Positions 1 to 9,654 of a stretch of 64,000 bases of DNA are shown piece after piece. The translations under genes were made by a program, and so were the position numbers. Below the pieces are notes generated by a model that saw only the letters and a list, made by a program, of their open reading frames with translations, searched no databases and was not told where the DNA came from. Within the stretch, counting starts at the first letter, position 1, and every line of letters starts with the position of its first letter. Location: the IMG/VR virus record IMGVR_UViG_3300042566_001492. One strand, 5' to 3'. This DNA comes from an uncultured virus (IMG/VR IMGVR_UViG_3300042566_001492). Taxonomy: Duplodnaviria > Heunggongvirae > Uroviricota > Caudoviricetes.

Positions 1-1380
1 ATGTACCGGAAGTTCCAGAAGATCCACTAGTTCCAGACGTACCGGAAGTACCGGAAGATCCAGATGTTCCACTAGAACCACTTGACCCGGAAGTACCTGA
101 AGATCCACTGGATCCAGAAGTACCGGAAGAACCGGAAGTACCGGAAGAACCAGATGTACCACTTGTTCCGGATGAACCGGATGAACCAGAAGTACCGGAT
201 GAACCAGAAGTACCGGATGAACCAGAAGTACCGGATGAACCACTAGAACCAGATGAACCGGAAGTACCAGAAGAACCGGAGGTACCAGAAGAACCAGAAG
301 TACCGGATGAACCACTTGTTCCGGAAGAACCGGATGTACCGGATGAACCACTTGTTCCGGATGTACCGGAAGAACCGGATGTTCCAGATGATCCGGATGT
401 TCCACTTGAACCGGAAGAACCTGAAGTACCACTAGAACCAGATGTTCCAGAAGATCCGGATGTTCCAGAAGTACCGGATGAACCACTTGTTCCGGAAGAT
501 CCAGAAGTTCCAGATGAACCAGAAGATCCACTTACACCACTAGATCCACTAGATCCTGATGTTCCGGAACTACCACTTGTACCGGATGAACCAGAAGTAC
601 CGGATGAACCAGAAGTACCACTAGAACCAGAAGATCCACTAGTTCCCGATGAACCAGATGTACCACTGGATCCTGATGTGCCACTTGACCCGGAAGTACC
701 TGAAGATCCACTGGATCCAGAAGTACCGGATGAACCAGAAGTACCGCTAGAACCAGCAGATCCTGAGGTGCCAGATGAGCCAGATGTACCACTTGAACCA
801 CTAGATCCAGATGTTCCAGAAGAGCCAGATGTACCACTTGAACCACTAGATCCAGATGTACCGGAAGTTCCACTAGATCCAGATGTACCAGATGATCCAC
901 TAGTTCCAGAAGTACCGGAAGATCCAGAAGTACCACTTGTTCCACTAGAACCGGAAGTACCAGATGATCCGGATGATCCAGATGTACCACTAGATCCACT
1001 TGTTCCAGATGAACCGGAAGTACCAGATGTTCCAGATGATCCAGAAGTACCAGAAGAGCCAGAAGAGCCACTTAAACCAGAAGAGCCAGATGTTCCACTT
1101 GATCCACTAGTTCCAGATGAACCGGAAGTACCAGAAGATCCACTTGTTCCAGATGATCCAGAAGTACCAGATGTTCCATCCATGCCACTTAAACCAGAAG
1201 TACCGGAAGATCCACTTGTTCCACTAGAACCAGATGAACCAGAAGTACCACTAGAACCGGAAGATCCAGATGTACCACTAGAACCAGATGAACCAGAAGT
1301 ACCACTAGAACCGGAAGATCCAGAAGTACCAGAAGAACCAGATGTTCCACTTGTTCCACTAGAACCAGAAGTACCAGAAA
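1..1380 (-). repeat. 9-bp-unit coding tandem repeat encoding (S-G-T/S)n
   Basis: Units such as gtaccggaa, gatccagat, ccactagtt throughout. Confidence 0.95.
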
Positions 1381-1696
1381 CACCACCAATAAGCCAGTTA
1401 TTTCCGTCACTAGTTATATAAATACTATTATTTTGAGATAAAGTCTTAGTTAAAGAACCATCAATTGTTTGAGATGATGTTGTATTAACTGTGATGGTAC
1501 CAACACCACTATTTTTTACAATATAAATTTTACCAGCTATACCAACTGCTGTTGGAAGAGTTACATTAAAAGTACCAGAACAATCAACGAAATAATCATC
1601 TGATGTTACAGTATAAGCTGTTGTTGTCGAATAATAAGGGAAGGTTACACCTCCTAAGGATATAATACCACGTCTGGTGACGAATTCATTAGCCAT
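1..1696 (-). CDS. Ser-Gly-Thr repeat fibre-like virion protein (partial, runs off the window start)
   Basis: Not in ORF track. ATG at 1696 reads MANEFVTRRGIISLGGVTFPYYSTTTAYTVTSDDYFVDCSGTFNVTLPTAVGIAGKIYIVKNSGVGTITVNTTSSQTIDG..., a beta-rich module typical of phage fibre proteins, then (SGT/SGS)n from ~1380 to base 1. Confidence 0.8.
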   Translation of the reverse strand, partial: MANEFVTRRGIISLGGVTFPYYSTTTAYTVTSDDYFVDCSGTFNVTLPTAVGIAGKIYIVKNSGVGTITVNTTSSQTIDGSLTKTLSQNNSIYITSDGNNWLIGGVSGTSGSSGTSGTSGSSGTSGSSGSSGTSGSSGSSGTSGSSGSSGTSGSSGSSGTSGSSGTSGLSGMDGTSGTSGSSGTSGSSGTSGSSGTSGSSGTSGSSGLSGSSGSSGTSGSSGTSGTSGSSGTSGSSGTSGSSGSSGTSGSSGTSGTSGSSGTSGTSGSSGTSGSSGTSGTSGSSGSSGTSGSSGTSGSSGSSGTSGSSGTSGSAGSSGTSGSSGTSGSSGSSGTSGSSGTSGSSGTSGSSGTSGSSGSSGTSGSSGTSGSSGTSGSSGTSGSSGSSGVSGSSGSSGTSGSSGTSGSSGTSGTSGSSGTSGSSGTSGSSGSSGTSGSSGTSGSSGTSGTSGSSGTSGSSGTSGSSGTSGSSGTSGSSGTSGSSGSSGSSGTSGSSGTSGSSGTSGSSGSSGTSGTSGSSGTSGSSGTSGSSGSSGTSGSSGSSGTSGSSGTSGTSGTSGSSGTSGT

Positions 1697-1836
1697 CTAT
1701 TTATCTTTTTTTTCTTTTTTCACTCTCCAAAAGAAAAGCCGTTTAGGTAAAATATTTCCACCTTCTCTATATATAAAAATAGAAATCTTCATTTTGTTAG
1801 AAGATGTATATTAAAGATAAAATTGATAAGAAAAAA

Positions 1837-4800
1837 TTAAATAATTCTTATACCCGTGTCTACAGACCAAGTACCCGATGTTACAACAGATTGAAGTGTT
1901 ACATTACCCGTAATAATAGCAACATTAAACTCAATTCCTTTTGTAGAACCATTCAAATCAGGTGTAGATGTGTCAGTATATTGAACATTTGTACTATCCC
2001 AAATAGCCATTACAGTACCTGTTCTTCTTTCTCCAGAAAATCCTGAAAGATGATAATCAAAGTATGAACCATTACCAATAGAAATACCAAATGAAACTAT
2101 AGAAGTTATACCAGTTGTAAGACCTGTTGATTGATTTGTATTAAGAACAAACTGACCAGAAACTGAAAATGTTAATCCATCATATGTCAATCCAGTATTT
2201 GCTAATGCTGAATTTGTAGATGATCCAGTAGCTGTTAATAATCTATAATCAGCTGGTTGCAGTATAGTATCAAAACCAGTACCACTTGTTCCTGATGATC
2301 CAGATGTACCAGAAGATCCAGATGATCCAGATGTACCGGAAGTACCGGAAGTTCCAGAAGATCCACTAGATCCAGAAGTACCGGAAGATCCAGATGTACC
2401 GGATGTGCCAGAAGTACCAGAAGATCCAGATGTACCACTAGTTCCAGAAGTACCGGAAGATCCAGATGTACCAGAAGTACCAGAAGATCCAGATGTACCG
2501 GAAGAACCAGACGTACCGGAAGTACCGGAAGATCCAGATGTACCGGATGTGCCAGAAGTACCAGAAGATCCAGATGTGCCGGAAGTTCCAGATGTTCCAG
2601 ATGATCCACTAGTTCCAGACGTACCGGAAGTTCCAGAAGATCCACTAGTACCTGATGTCCCAGAAGATCCACTAGTTCCAGATGTCCCAGAAGATCCACT
2701 AGTTCCAGATGTCCCAGAAGATCCAGATGTACCGGAAGATCCACTTGTACCAGATGATCCACTAGTTCCGGAAGTACCAGAAGATCCAGATGTACCGGAA
2801 GTACCAGAAGATCCAGATGTACCGGAAGAACCAGACGTACCACTAGTACCAGAAGAACCAGACGTACCACTAGTACCGGAAGATCCACTTGTACCAGATG
2901 ATCCACTAGTTCCGGAAGTACCGGAAGATCCACTTGTACCAGATGTACCGGAAGATCCACTTGTACCAGAAGATCCAGATGTACCACTAGTTCCAGAAGT
3001 ACCGGAAGAACCAGACGTACCGGAAGTACCAGATGAACCAGATGTCCCAGAAGATCCAGAAGTACCGGAAGATCCAGAAGTACCGGAAGATCCAGATGTG
3101 CCGGATGTACCGGAAGTACCAGAAGATCCACTAGTTCCAGAAGATCCAGAAGATCCACTAGTTCCAGAAGATCCAGAAGATCCACTAGTTCCAGAAGATC
3201 CAGAAGATCCAGAAGATCCAGAAGATCCACTAGTTCCAGAAGATCCAGAAGATCCACTAGTTCCAGAAGATCCAGAAGATCCACTAGTTCCAGAAGATCC
3301 ACTAGTTCCGGAAGTTCCACTAGATCCAGATGTACCGGATGTACCAGAAGATCCAGATGTGCCACTAGTTCCAGAAGATCCACTAGATCCAGAAGATCCG
3401 GATGTACCGGAAGATCCACTTGTACCGGAAGTACCAGATGAACCGGAAGTACCGGATGTACCACTAGATCCAGATGTACCGGATGATCCAGAAGTTCCAC
3501 TAGTACCGGAAGTTCCACTAGATCCAGAAGTTCCACTAGTACCGGAAGTTCCACTAGATCCAGATGTACCGGAAGTACCAGAAGATCCAGATGTACCGGA
3601 TGTACCACTAGATCCAGATGTACCAGAAGATCCGGAAGTTCCAGAAGTTCCTGATGTTCCTGATGATCCAGATGAACCGGAAGATCCACTAGTTCCAGAT
3701 GTTCCAGAAGATCCAGATGTACCGGAAGTACCAGAAGATCCAGATGTACCACTAGTACCGGAAGAACCACTAGATCCACTTGTGCCGGAAGTACCAGAAG
3801 ATCCACTAGTTCCTGATGTCCCAGAAGATCCACTAGTTCCAGATGTACCGGAAGAACCAGACGTACCGGAAGAACCAGACGTACCGGAAGAACCAGACGT
3901 ACCGGAAGTACCGGAAGAACCACTAGTTCCTGATGTACCGGAAGAACCGGAAGTACCATCAACACCACTTAATCCTGAGGTACCAGAAGACCCACTTGTA
4001 CCGGAAGTACCGGAAGTACCAGAAGATCCACTTGTACCGGAAGTACCGGAAGTACCAGAAGATCCACTTGTACCGGAAGTACCGGAAGTACCAGAAGATC
4101 CACTTGTACCGGACGTACCTGATGAACCAGAGGTACCACTAGTTCCGGAAGATCCAGACGTACCAGATGTACCGGAAGATCCAGACGTACCAGATGTACC
4201 GGAAGATCCAGATGATCCACTAGTTCCTGATGTTCCGGACGAACCAGAAGTACCGGAAGTACCACTTGTACCGGATGAACCACTTGTACCGGAAGTACCA
4301 GCTGAGCCACTTGATCCGGATGAACCGGAAGTACCATTAACACCAGAAATTCCAGATGTTCCAGATGATCCACTTGTACCACTTGTACCGGATGTACCAG
4401 AAGATCCACTAGTTCCAGAAGATCCAGATGTACCGGAAGAACCAGACGTACCTGATGTCCCAGAAGATCCACTAGTTCCAGATGTCCCAGAAGATCCACT
4501 AGTTCCAGATGTACCAGAAGATCCACTAGTTCCTGATGTCCCAGAAGATCCACTAGTTCCAGATGTACCAGAAGTACCGGATGATCCACTAGTTCCAGAT
4601 GTGCCGGAAGTACCGGATGATCCACTTGAGCCGGAAGTACCGGATGATCCACTTGATCCGGAAGTACCGGATGATCCACTTGATCCGGAAGTACCAGAAG
4701 ATCCAGAAGTACCGGATGAACCACTTGATCCGGAAGTACCAGAGGTACCAGCAAGTGCACCAACTGATGTAAGAACAAATGAGTAATATGAATTACCTTC

Positions 4801-7800
4801 AGTATAATAAACAACCGATTTTGACGATGATGTCATATTATTCAAATATAACCTAACAATCATTCTATTTGTTGGGTCAATTGTTGTTGTTGGTAATACT
4901 ATATCAACATTAACTTCAACCGGTATTACACTACTAACCCAACCAATTAATGCAGTGTTAGAAGATATTGTTGGACCTATTGGGGTTCCTGATGAATCTG
5001 ACAATTGTATTTCAACATATGCATCTATATCATCATTACTTGCCTGTTTTAAGTAATGTAAATGAAATCTTTGTACCCCACCAGGAATAACTGAAAATCC
5101 TAATTGTGGTGTTATGTAATCAGAAACCAATTTATTTTGTTGACTTCCCGTTAAATTTGTTGTTAAAGTTTGTGTTGTTGCGGTTGATGGTTCTTTACTT
5201 AATACTTTATAACCTGATACATCACTATTCTGACTTTCGTTGAAATAATAAACTTGTCCCGCAGATATACCATTTCCTCCGCTTGTTCCTGAAGTTCCAC
5301 TTGAACCAGAAGAACCTGAGGTACCAGATGAACCACTAGTTCCAGAAGTACCGGAAGATCCACTAGTTCCAGAAGTACCGGAAGTACCGGATGTACCAGA
5401 AGATCCAGATGTACCACTAGTACCGGAAGTACCAGAAGATCCAGATGTACCACTAGTTCCAGAAGTACCGGAAGATCCACTAGTTCCAGAAGTACCGGAA
5501 GATCCACTAGTTCCAGAAGTTCCAGAAGATCCAGATGTGCCGGATGTACCAGAAGATCCAGATGTACCACTAGTACCGGAAGATCCAGATGTTCCAGATG
5601 TACCGGAAGATCCAGATGTACCACTAGTTCCAGAAGATCCACTAGTTCCAGAAGTACCGGAAGATCCACTAGTTCCAGAAGTACCAGAAGATCCAGATGT
5701 ACCACTAGTTCCAGAAGATCCACTTGTACCGGAAGTACCGGAAGTACCAGAAGATCCACTTGTACCGGAAGTACCTGATGAACCAGAGGTACCACTAGTT
5801 CCGGAAGATCCAGACGTACCAGATGTACCGGAAGATCCAGATGATCCACTAGTTCCTGATGTTCCGGACGAACCAGAAGTACCAGAAGATCCAGATGTAC
5901 CAGAAGATCCACTAGTTCCAGAAGATCCAGATGATCCACTTGTACCACTTGTACCGGATGTACCAGAAGATCCACTAGTTCCAGAAGATCCAGATGTGCC
6001 GGAAGAACCAGACGTACCGGAAGTTCCAGAAGATCCAGAAGTACCGGAAGAACCACTTGTGCCGGAAGTACCAGAAGATCCAGATGTGCCGGAAGTACCG
6101 GAAGAACCACTAGTTCCTGATGTTCCAGAAGAACCACTAGTTCCAGATGTACCAGATGATCCAGATGTACCAGAAGTACCGGATGATCCACTAGTTCCTG
6201 ATGTGCCGGAAGTTCCAGATGTTCCAGATGATCCACTAGTTCCAGATGTACCGGAAGTACCGGATGATCCACTTGTACCAGAGGTTCCAGAAGATCCAGA
6301 TGATCCACTTGTACCGGAAGTACCAGAAGATCCAGAAGTCCCGGAAGTTCCGGAAGTTCCGGAAGAACCACTAGATCCACTTGTTCCAGACGTACCGGAA
6401 GAACCACTAGATCCACTTGTTCCAGATGTACCGGAAGAACCAGACGTACCGGAAGTACCGGAAGTACCGGAAGTACCAGAAGATCCACTTGTTCCGGATG
6501 TACCGGAAGAACCAGACGTACCGGAAGTACCAGATGAACCAGAAGATCCAGAAGTACCAGATGTACCGGATGTACCACTAGTACCAGAAGATCCACTTGT
6601 TCCGGAAGAACCACTAGATCCACTAGTTCCTGATGTCCCAGAAGATCCACTAGTTCCAGATGTACCAGAAGATCCACTAGTTCCAGATGTACCAGATGAT
6701 CCAGATGTACCAGAAGTACCGGATGATCCACTAGTTCCAGATGTACCAGAAGTACCGGATGATCCACTAGTTCCACTTGTTCCAGAAGTACCTGATGTTC
6801 CAGAAGAACCACTTGTTCCAGATGTTCCAGAAGAACCGGAGGTTCCTGATGTTCCGGAGGATCCTGAAGAACCAGATGTTCCCGATGTTCCTGACGTTCC
6901 AGAGGATCCTGAAGAACCAGATGTTCCCGATGTTCCTGACGTTCCAGAGGATCCTGAAGAACCAGATGTTCCCGATGTTCCTGACGTTCCAGAGGATCCT
7001 GAAGAACCACTTGTTCCTGATGTTCCAGACGATCCTGAAGTTCCACTTGTTCCAGAAGAACCAGATGATCCAGAAGTTCCACTTGTCCCTGAAGAACCAG
7101 ATGATCCAGAAGTTCCACTTGTCCCAGAAGAACCAGAAGATCCTGAAGTTCCACTTGTCCCAGAAGAACCAGACGATCCTGAGGTTCCCGAAGAACCTGA
7201 TGATCCGGATGTTCCACTTGTTCCAGAAGATCCAGAAGTTCCAGAAGATCCACTTGTACCTGATGTGCCAGAAGAACCACTAGATCCACTTGTACCTGAT
7301 GTACCGGAAGAACCACTAGATCCACTTGTTCCAGATGTACCGGAAGAACCAGACGTACCGGAAGTTCCAGATGAACCAGATGTTCCAGAAGATCCAGAAG
7401 TACCAGATGATCCAGAAGTACCTGATGTACCGGAAGAACCAGACGTACCGGAAGTTCCAGATGAACCAGATGTTCCACTTGTACCAGAGGTTCCATTAAC
7501 ACCGGATATAACCATAACATCCCAATCAGGATTAGCATCAGGAGCAGTAGCACCAATATTTATATTATTAAGCGCGATATAAACAATATAAGGATTGCCA
7601 TAATTAACAACATCATTAGTTGAGTATGGTATAGAATTTAACCAATATCCTTGCCAAGATAGACCTTCACCAGAAGTACCACTAGATCCACTTGATCCGG
7701 ATGTACCGGATGTACCAGACGATCCAGATGTACCGGAAGTTCCACTAGATCCAGATGTACCGGAAGATCCAGATGTACCACTAGTACCGGAAGATCCAGA

Positions 7801-9564
7801 AGATCCAGATGTACCAGATGTACCAGAAGATCCAGATGTACCGGAAGAACCAGATGTACCACTAGTACCGGAAGATCCACTAGATCCACTTGTGCCGGAA
7901 GTACCAGATGATCCACTAGTTCCGGAAGTACCAGAAGATCCACTAGTTCCGGAAGTACCAGAAGATCCAGATGTACCACTAGTACCGGAAGATCCAGATG
8001 TTCCGGAAGTACCAGATGATCCACTAGTTCCGGAAGTACCAGAAGATCCAGAAGATCCAGATGTGCCACTAGTTCCAGAAGATCCAGATGTACCACTAGT
8101 ACCGGAAGATCCAGATGTTCCAGATGTACCGGAAGATCCAGATGTTCCAGATGTACCGGAAGATCCAGATGTTCCAGATGTACCGGAAGATCCAGATGTT
8201 CCAGATGTACCGGAAGATCCACTAGTTCCGGAAGTACCAGATGATCCACTAGTTCCAGAAGTTCCAGAAGATCCACTAGTTCCAGAAGATCCAGATGTAC
8301 CGGATGTGCCAGAAGTACCAGAAGATCCAGATGTACCACTAGATCCAGAAGATCCGGATGTACCGTCCATACCACTTAAACCAGATGTACCGGAAGATCC
8401 ACTAGTTCCAGAAGATCCAGAAGATCCACTAGAACCACTTGTACCGGAAGTACCAGATGAACCGGAAGTACCGGAAGTACCGGAAGATCCAGATGTACCG
8501 GATGTACCGGAAGATCCACTTGTACCGGAAGTACCAGATGAACCGGAAGTACCGGAAGATCCAGATGAACCGGATGTACCGGAAGATCCGGAAGTACCGG
8601 AAGATCCGGAAGTACCGGAAGTTCCACTAGTGCCGGAAGTTCCACTAGTGCCAGAAGTTCCACTAGATCCAGAAGTTCCACTAGTGCCGGAAGTACCAGA
8701 TGTACCGGAAGATCCACTTGTACCGGAAGTACCGGAAGATCCAGATGTACCGGATGTACCACTAGATCCAGATGTACCGGATGATCCAGAAGTACCATCA
8801 ACACCACTTAATCCTGAGGTACCAGAAGATCCAGATGTTCCACTAGATCCACTTGTACCAGATGTTCCGGAAGTACCAGATGATCCACTAGTTCCTGATG
8901 TTCCGGAAGATCCAGATGATCCAGATGATCCAGATGATCCACTAGACCCGGAAGTACCAGATGACCCACTAGTTCCGGATGTACCAGATGACCCACTAGT
9001 TCCGGAAGTACCAGATGACCCACTAGTTCCGGATGTACCGGAAGATCCAGATGATCCACTAGTTCCTGATGTTCCGGAAGATCCAGATGTACCGGAAGTA
9101 CCAGAAGAACCGGAAGAACCGGAAGAACCGGAAGAACCGGAAGAACCACTAGTGCCGGAAGAACCACTAGTACCGGATGTACCACTTGTACCGGAAGATC
9201 CAGATGACCCACTAGTTCCAGAAGTACCGGATGTACCAGAAGATCCACTAGATCCACTAGTTCCTGATGTACCAGAAGATCCACTAGTTCCACTTGTCCC
9301 TGATGAACCAGAGGTACCGGAAGTACCACTTGTATTAGACACCGATTGTGTCCAGAAAGATAAACCAGTAGCATCGGACATCAATATATACCCGTTGCCC
9401 TCAGTACCATCTTGAATTCTCAGCTTAGTATTAATATTAACTACACCAGAAGATTGATCATAGTTCAATTTACTTATATCTTCTGATACTATACTATTTG
9501 TTCCGAGAAATAATATTGAACCTTGAGTTCCACCTCTAATTTGTTTAATATGTTGTTGGCTCAT
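1837..9564 (-). CDS. Giant 2575-aa Ser-Gly-Thr repeat protein, probable tail/head fibre
   Basis: About 2100 aa of Gly-every-third-residue repeat in three tracts, with non-repeat islands at ~9330-9564, ~7495-7670, ~4750-5280 and 1837-2280. Confidence 0.8.
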   Translation of the reverse strand: MSQQHIKQIRGGTQGSILFLGTNSIVSEDISKLNYDQSSGVVNINTKLRIQDGTEGNGYILMSDATGLSFWTQSVSNTSGTSGTSGSSGTSGTSGSSGTSGTSGSSGSSGTSGTSGTSGSSGSSGTSGTSGTSGSSGTSGSSGSSGSSGSSGSSGTSGTSGSSGTSGTSGSSGSSGTSGTSGSSGTSGTSGSSGTSGTSGSSGTSGSSGSSGSSGSSGSSGTSGTSGSSGTSGTSGTSGSSGTSGSSGTSGLSGVDGTSGSSGTSGSSGTSGTSGSSGTSGTSGSSGTSGTSGTSGTSGSSGTSGTSGTSGTSGTSGTSGSSGTSGSSGTSGSSGSSGTSGSSGTSGTSGSSGTSGTSGSSGTSGTSGSSGTSGTSGSSGSSGSSGTSGSSGTSGLSGMDGTSGSSGSSGTSGSSGTSGTSGTSGSSGTSGSSGTSGTSGSSGTSGTSGSSGTSGTSGSSGTSGTSGSSGTSGTSGSSGTSGTSGSSGTSGTSGSSGTSGTSGSSGSSGTSGTSGSSGTSGTSGSSGTSGTSGSSGTSGTSGSSGTSGTSGSSGTSGTSGSSGSSGTSGTSGSSGTSGSSGTSGTSGSSGSSGTSGTSGSSGTSGSSGTSGTSGSSGTSGTSGSSGSSGTSGEGLSWQGYWLNSIPYSTNDVVNYGNPYIVYIALNNINIGATAPDANPDWDVMVISGVNGTSGTSGTSGSSGTSGTSGSSGTSGTSGSSGTSGSSGTSGSSGTSGTSGSSGTSGTSGSSGSSGTSGTSGSSGSSGTSGTSGSSGTSGSSGTSGTSGSSGSSGTSGSSGSSGTSGTSGSSGSSGTSGTSGSSGSSGTSGTSGSSGSSGTSGTSGSSGTSGTSGSSGSSGTSGTSGTSGSSGSSGTSGTSGTSGSSGSSGTSGTSGTSGSSGSSGTSGTSGSSGTSGTSGSSGTSGTSGTSGTSGSSGTSGTSGTSGSSGTSGTSGSSGTSGTSGSSGTSGTSGSSGTSGTSGSSGSSGTSGSSGTSGTSGTSGTSGSSGSSGTSGTSGSSGTSGTSGSSGTSGTSGTSGTSGSSGTSGTSGSSGSSGTSGTSGSSGSSGTSGTSGTSGSSGTSGTSGSSGSSGTSGTSGSSGTSGTSGTSGSSGTSGTSGTSGTSGSSGTSGTSGSSGTSGTSGSSGTSGTSGSSGTSGTSGSSGTSGTSGSSGTSGSSGTSGTSGSSGTSGSSGTSGSSGTSGTSGTSGSSGSSGTSGSSGTSGSSGTSGSSGTSGTSGSSGSSGTSGTSGSSGTSGTSGSSGTSGTSGSSGTSGTSGTSGSSGTSGTSGSSGTSGTSGSSGTSGTSGSSGTSGTSGSSGTSGTSGSSGTSGTSGSSGTSGTSGSSGTSGTSGSSGTSGTSGSSGTSGTSGTSGSSGTSGTSGTSGSSGTSGTSGTSGTSGSSGTSGTSGSSGTSGSSGSSGTSGTSGGNGISAGQVYYFNESQNSDVSGYKVLSKEPSTATTQTLTTNLTGSQQNKLVSDYITPQLGFSVIPGGVQRFHLHYLKQASNDDIDAYVEIQLSDSSGTPIGPTISSNTALIGWVSSVIPVEVNVDIVLPTTTIDPTNRMIVRLYLNNMTSSSKSVVYYTEGNSYYSFVLTSVGALAGTSGTSGSSGSSGTSGSSGTSGSSGSSGTSGSSGSSGTSGSSGSSGTSGTSGTSGSSGTSGTSGTSGSSGTSGTSGSSGTSGTSGSSGTSGTSGSSGTSGTSGSSGTSGSSGTSGSSGTSGTSGTSGSSGTSGISGVNGTSGSSGSSGSAGTSGTSGSSGTSGTSGTSGSSGTSGTSGSSGSSGTSGTSGSSGTSGTSGSSGTSGTSGSSGTSGTSGSSGTSGTSGTSGSSGTSGTSGTSGSSGTSGTSGTSGSSGTSGLSGVDGTSGSSGTSGTSGSSGTSGTSGSSGTSGSSGTSGSSGTSGTSGSSGTSGTSGSSGTSGTSGSSGSSGTSGTSGSSGTSGTSGSSGTSGTSGSSGSSGSSGTSGTSGTSGSSGTSGSSGTSGTSGSSGTSGTSGSSGTSGTSGTSGSSGTSGTSGTSGSSGTSGSSGTSGTSGSSGTSGTSGSSGTSGSSGSSGSSGTSGTSGSSGTSGTSGSSGTSGTSGSSGTSGSSGSSGTSGSSGSSGTSGSSGSSGSSGSSGTSGSSGSSGTSGSSGSSGTSGSSGTSGTSGTSGSSGTSGSSGTSGSSGTSGSSGTSGTSGSSGTSGTSGTSGSSGTSGSSGTSGTSGSSGTSGTSGSSGTSGSSGTSGTSGSSGTSGTSGSSGTSGSSGTSGTSGSSGTSGTSGSSGTSGSSGTSGSSGTSGTSGSSGTSGTSGSSGTSGTSGSSGTSGTSGTSGSSGTSGTSGTSGSSGTSGTSGTSGSSGTSGTSGSSGTSGSSGTSGTSGSSGTSGTSGTSGSSGTSGTSGTSGSSGTSGSSGSSGTSGTSGTSGSSGSSGTSGSSGTSGTGFDTILQPADYRLLTATGSSTNSALANTGLTYDGLTFSVSGQFVLNTNQSTGLTTGITSIVSFGISIGNGSYFDYHLSGFSGERRTGTVMAIWDSTNVQYTDTSTPDLNGSTKGIEFNVAIITGNVTLQSVVTSGTWSVDTGIRII
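2280..9330 (-). repeat. Three tracts of 9-bp-unit coding repeat with internal block duplications
   Basis: Direct reading; e.g. ~4070-4190 recurs at ~5720-5840. Confidence 0.95.
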
Positions 9565-9654
9565 CTGTTATAATTTAATACTAATTTTCCTTCAAGTATA
9601 TATTAAATACCAGAGGCCTTTTTTAATAACATATAATAAAAGAGTAAAAATTTA

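Noticed and set aside
1..9330. CRISPR array or non-coding satellite
   Set aside because: No constant repeat with unique spacers; variation is at synonymous positions, indicating coding sequence
253..9415. Long + strand PEVPEDP ORFs and alternative-frame LVLPVHL / MYRK ORFs
   Set aside because: Shadow frames of the stop-poor 9-bp repeat; they break at the non-repeat islands while the SGT frame stays open
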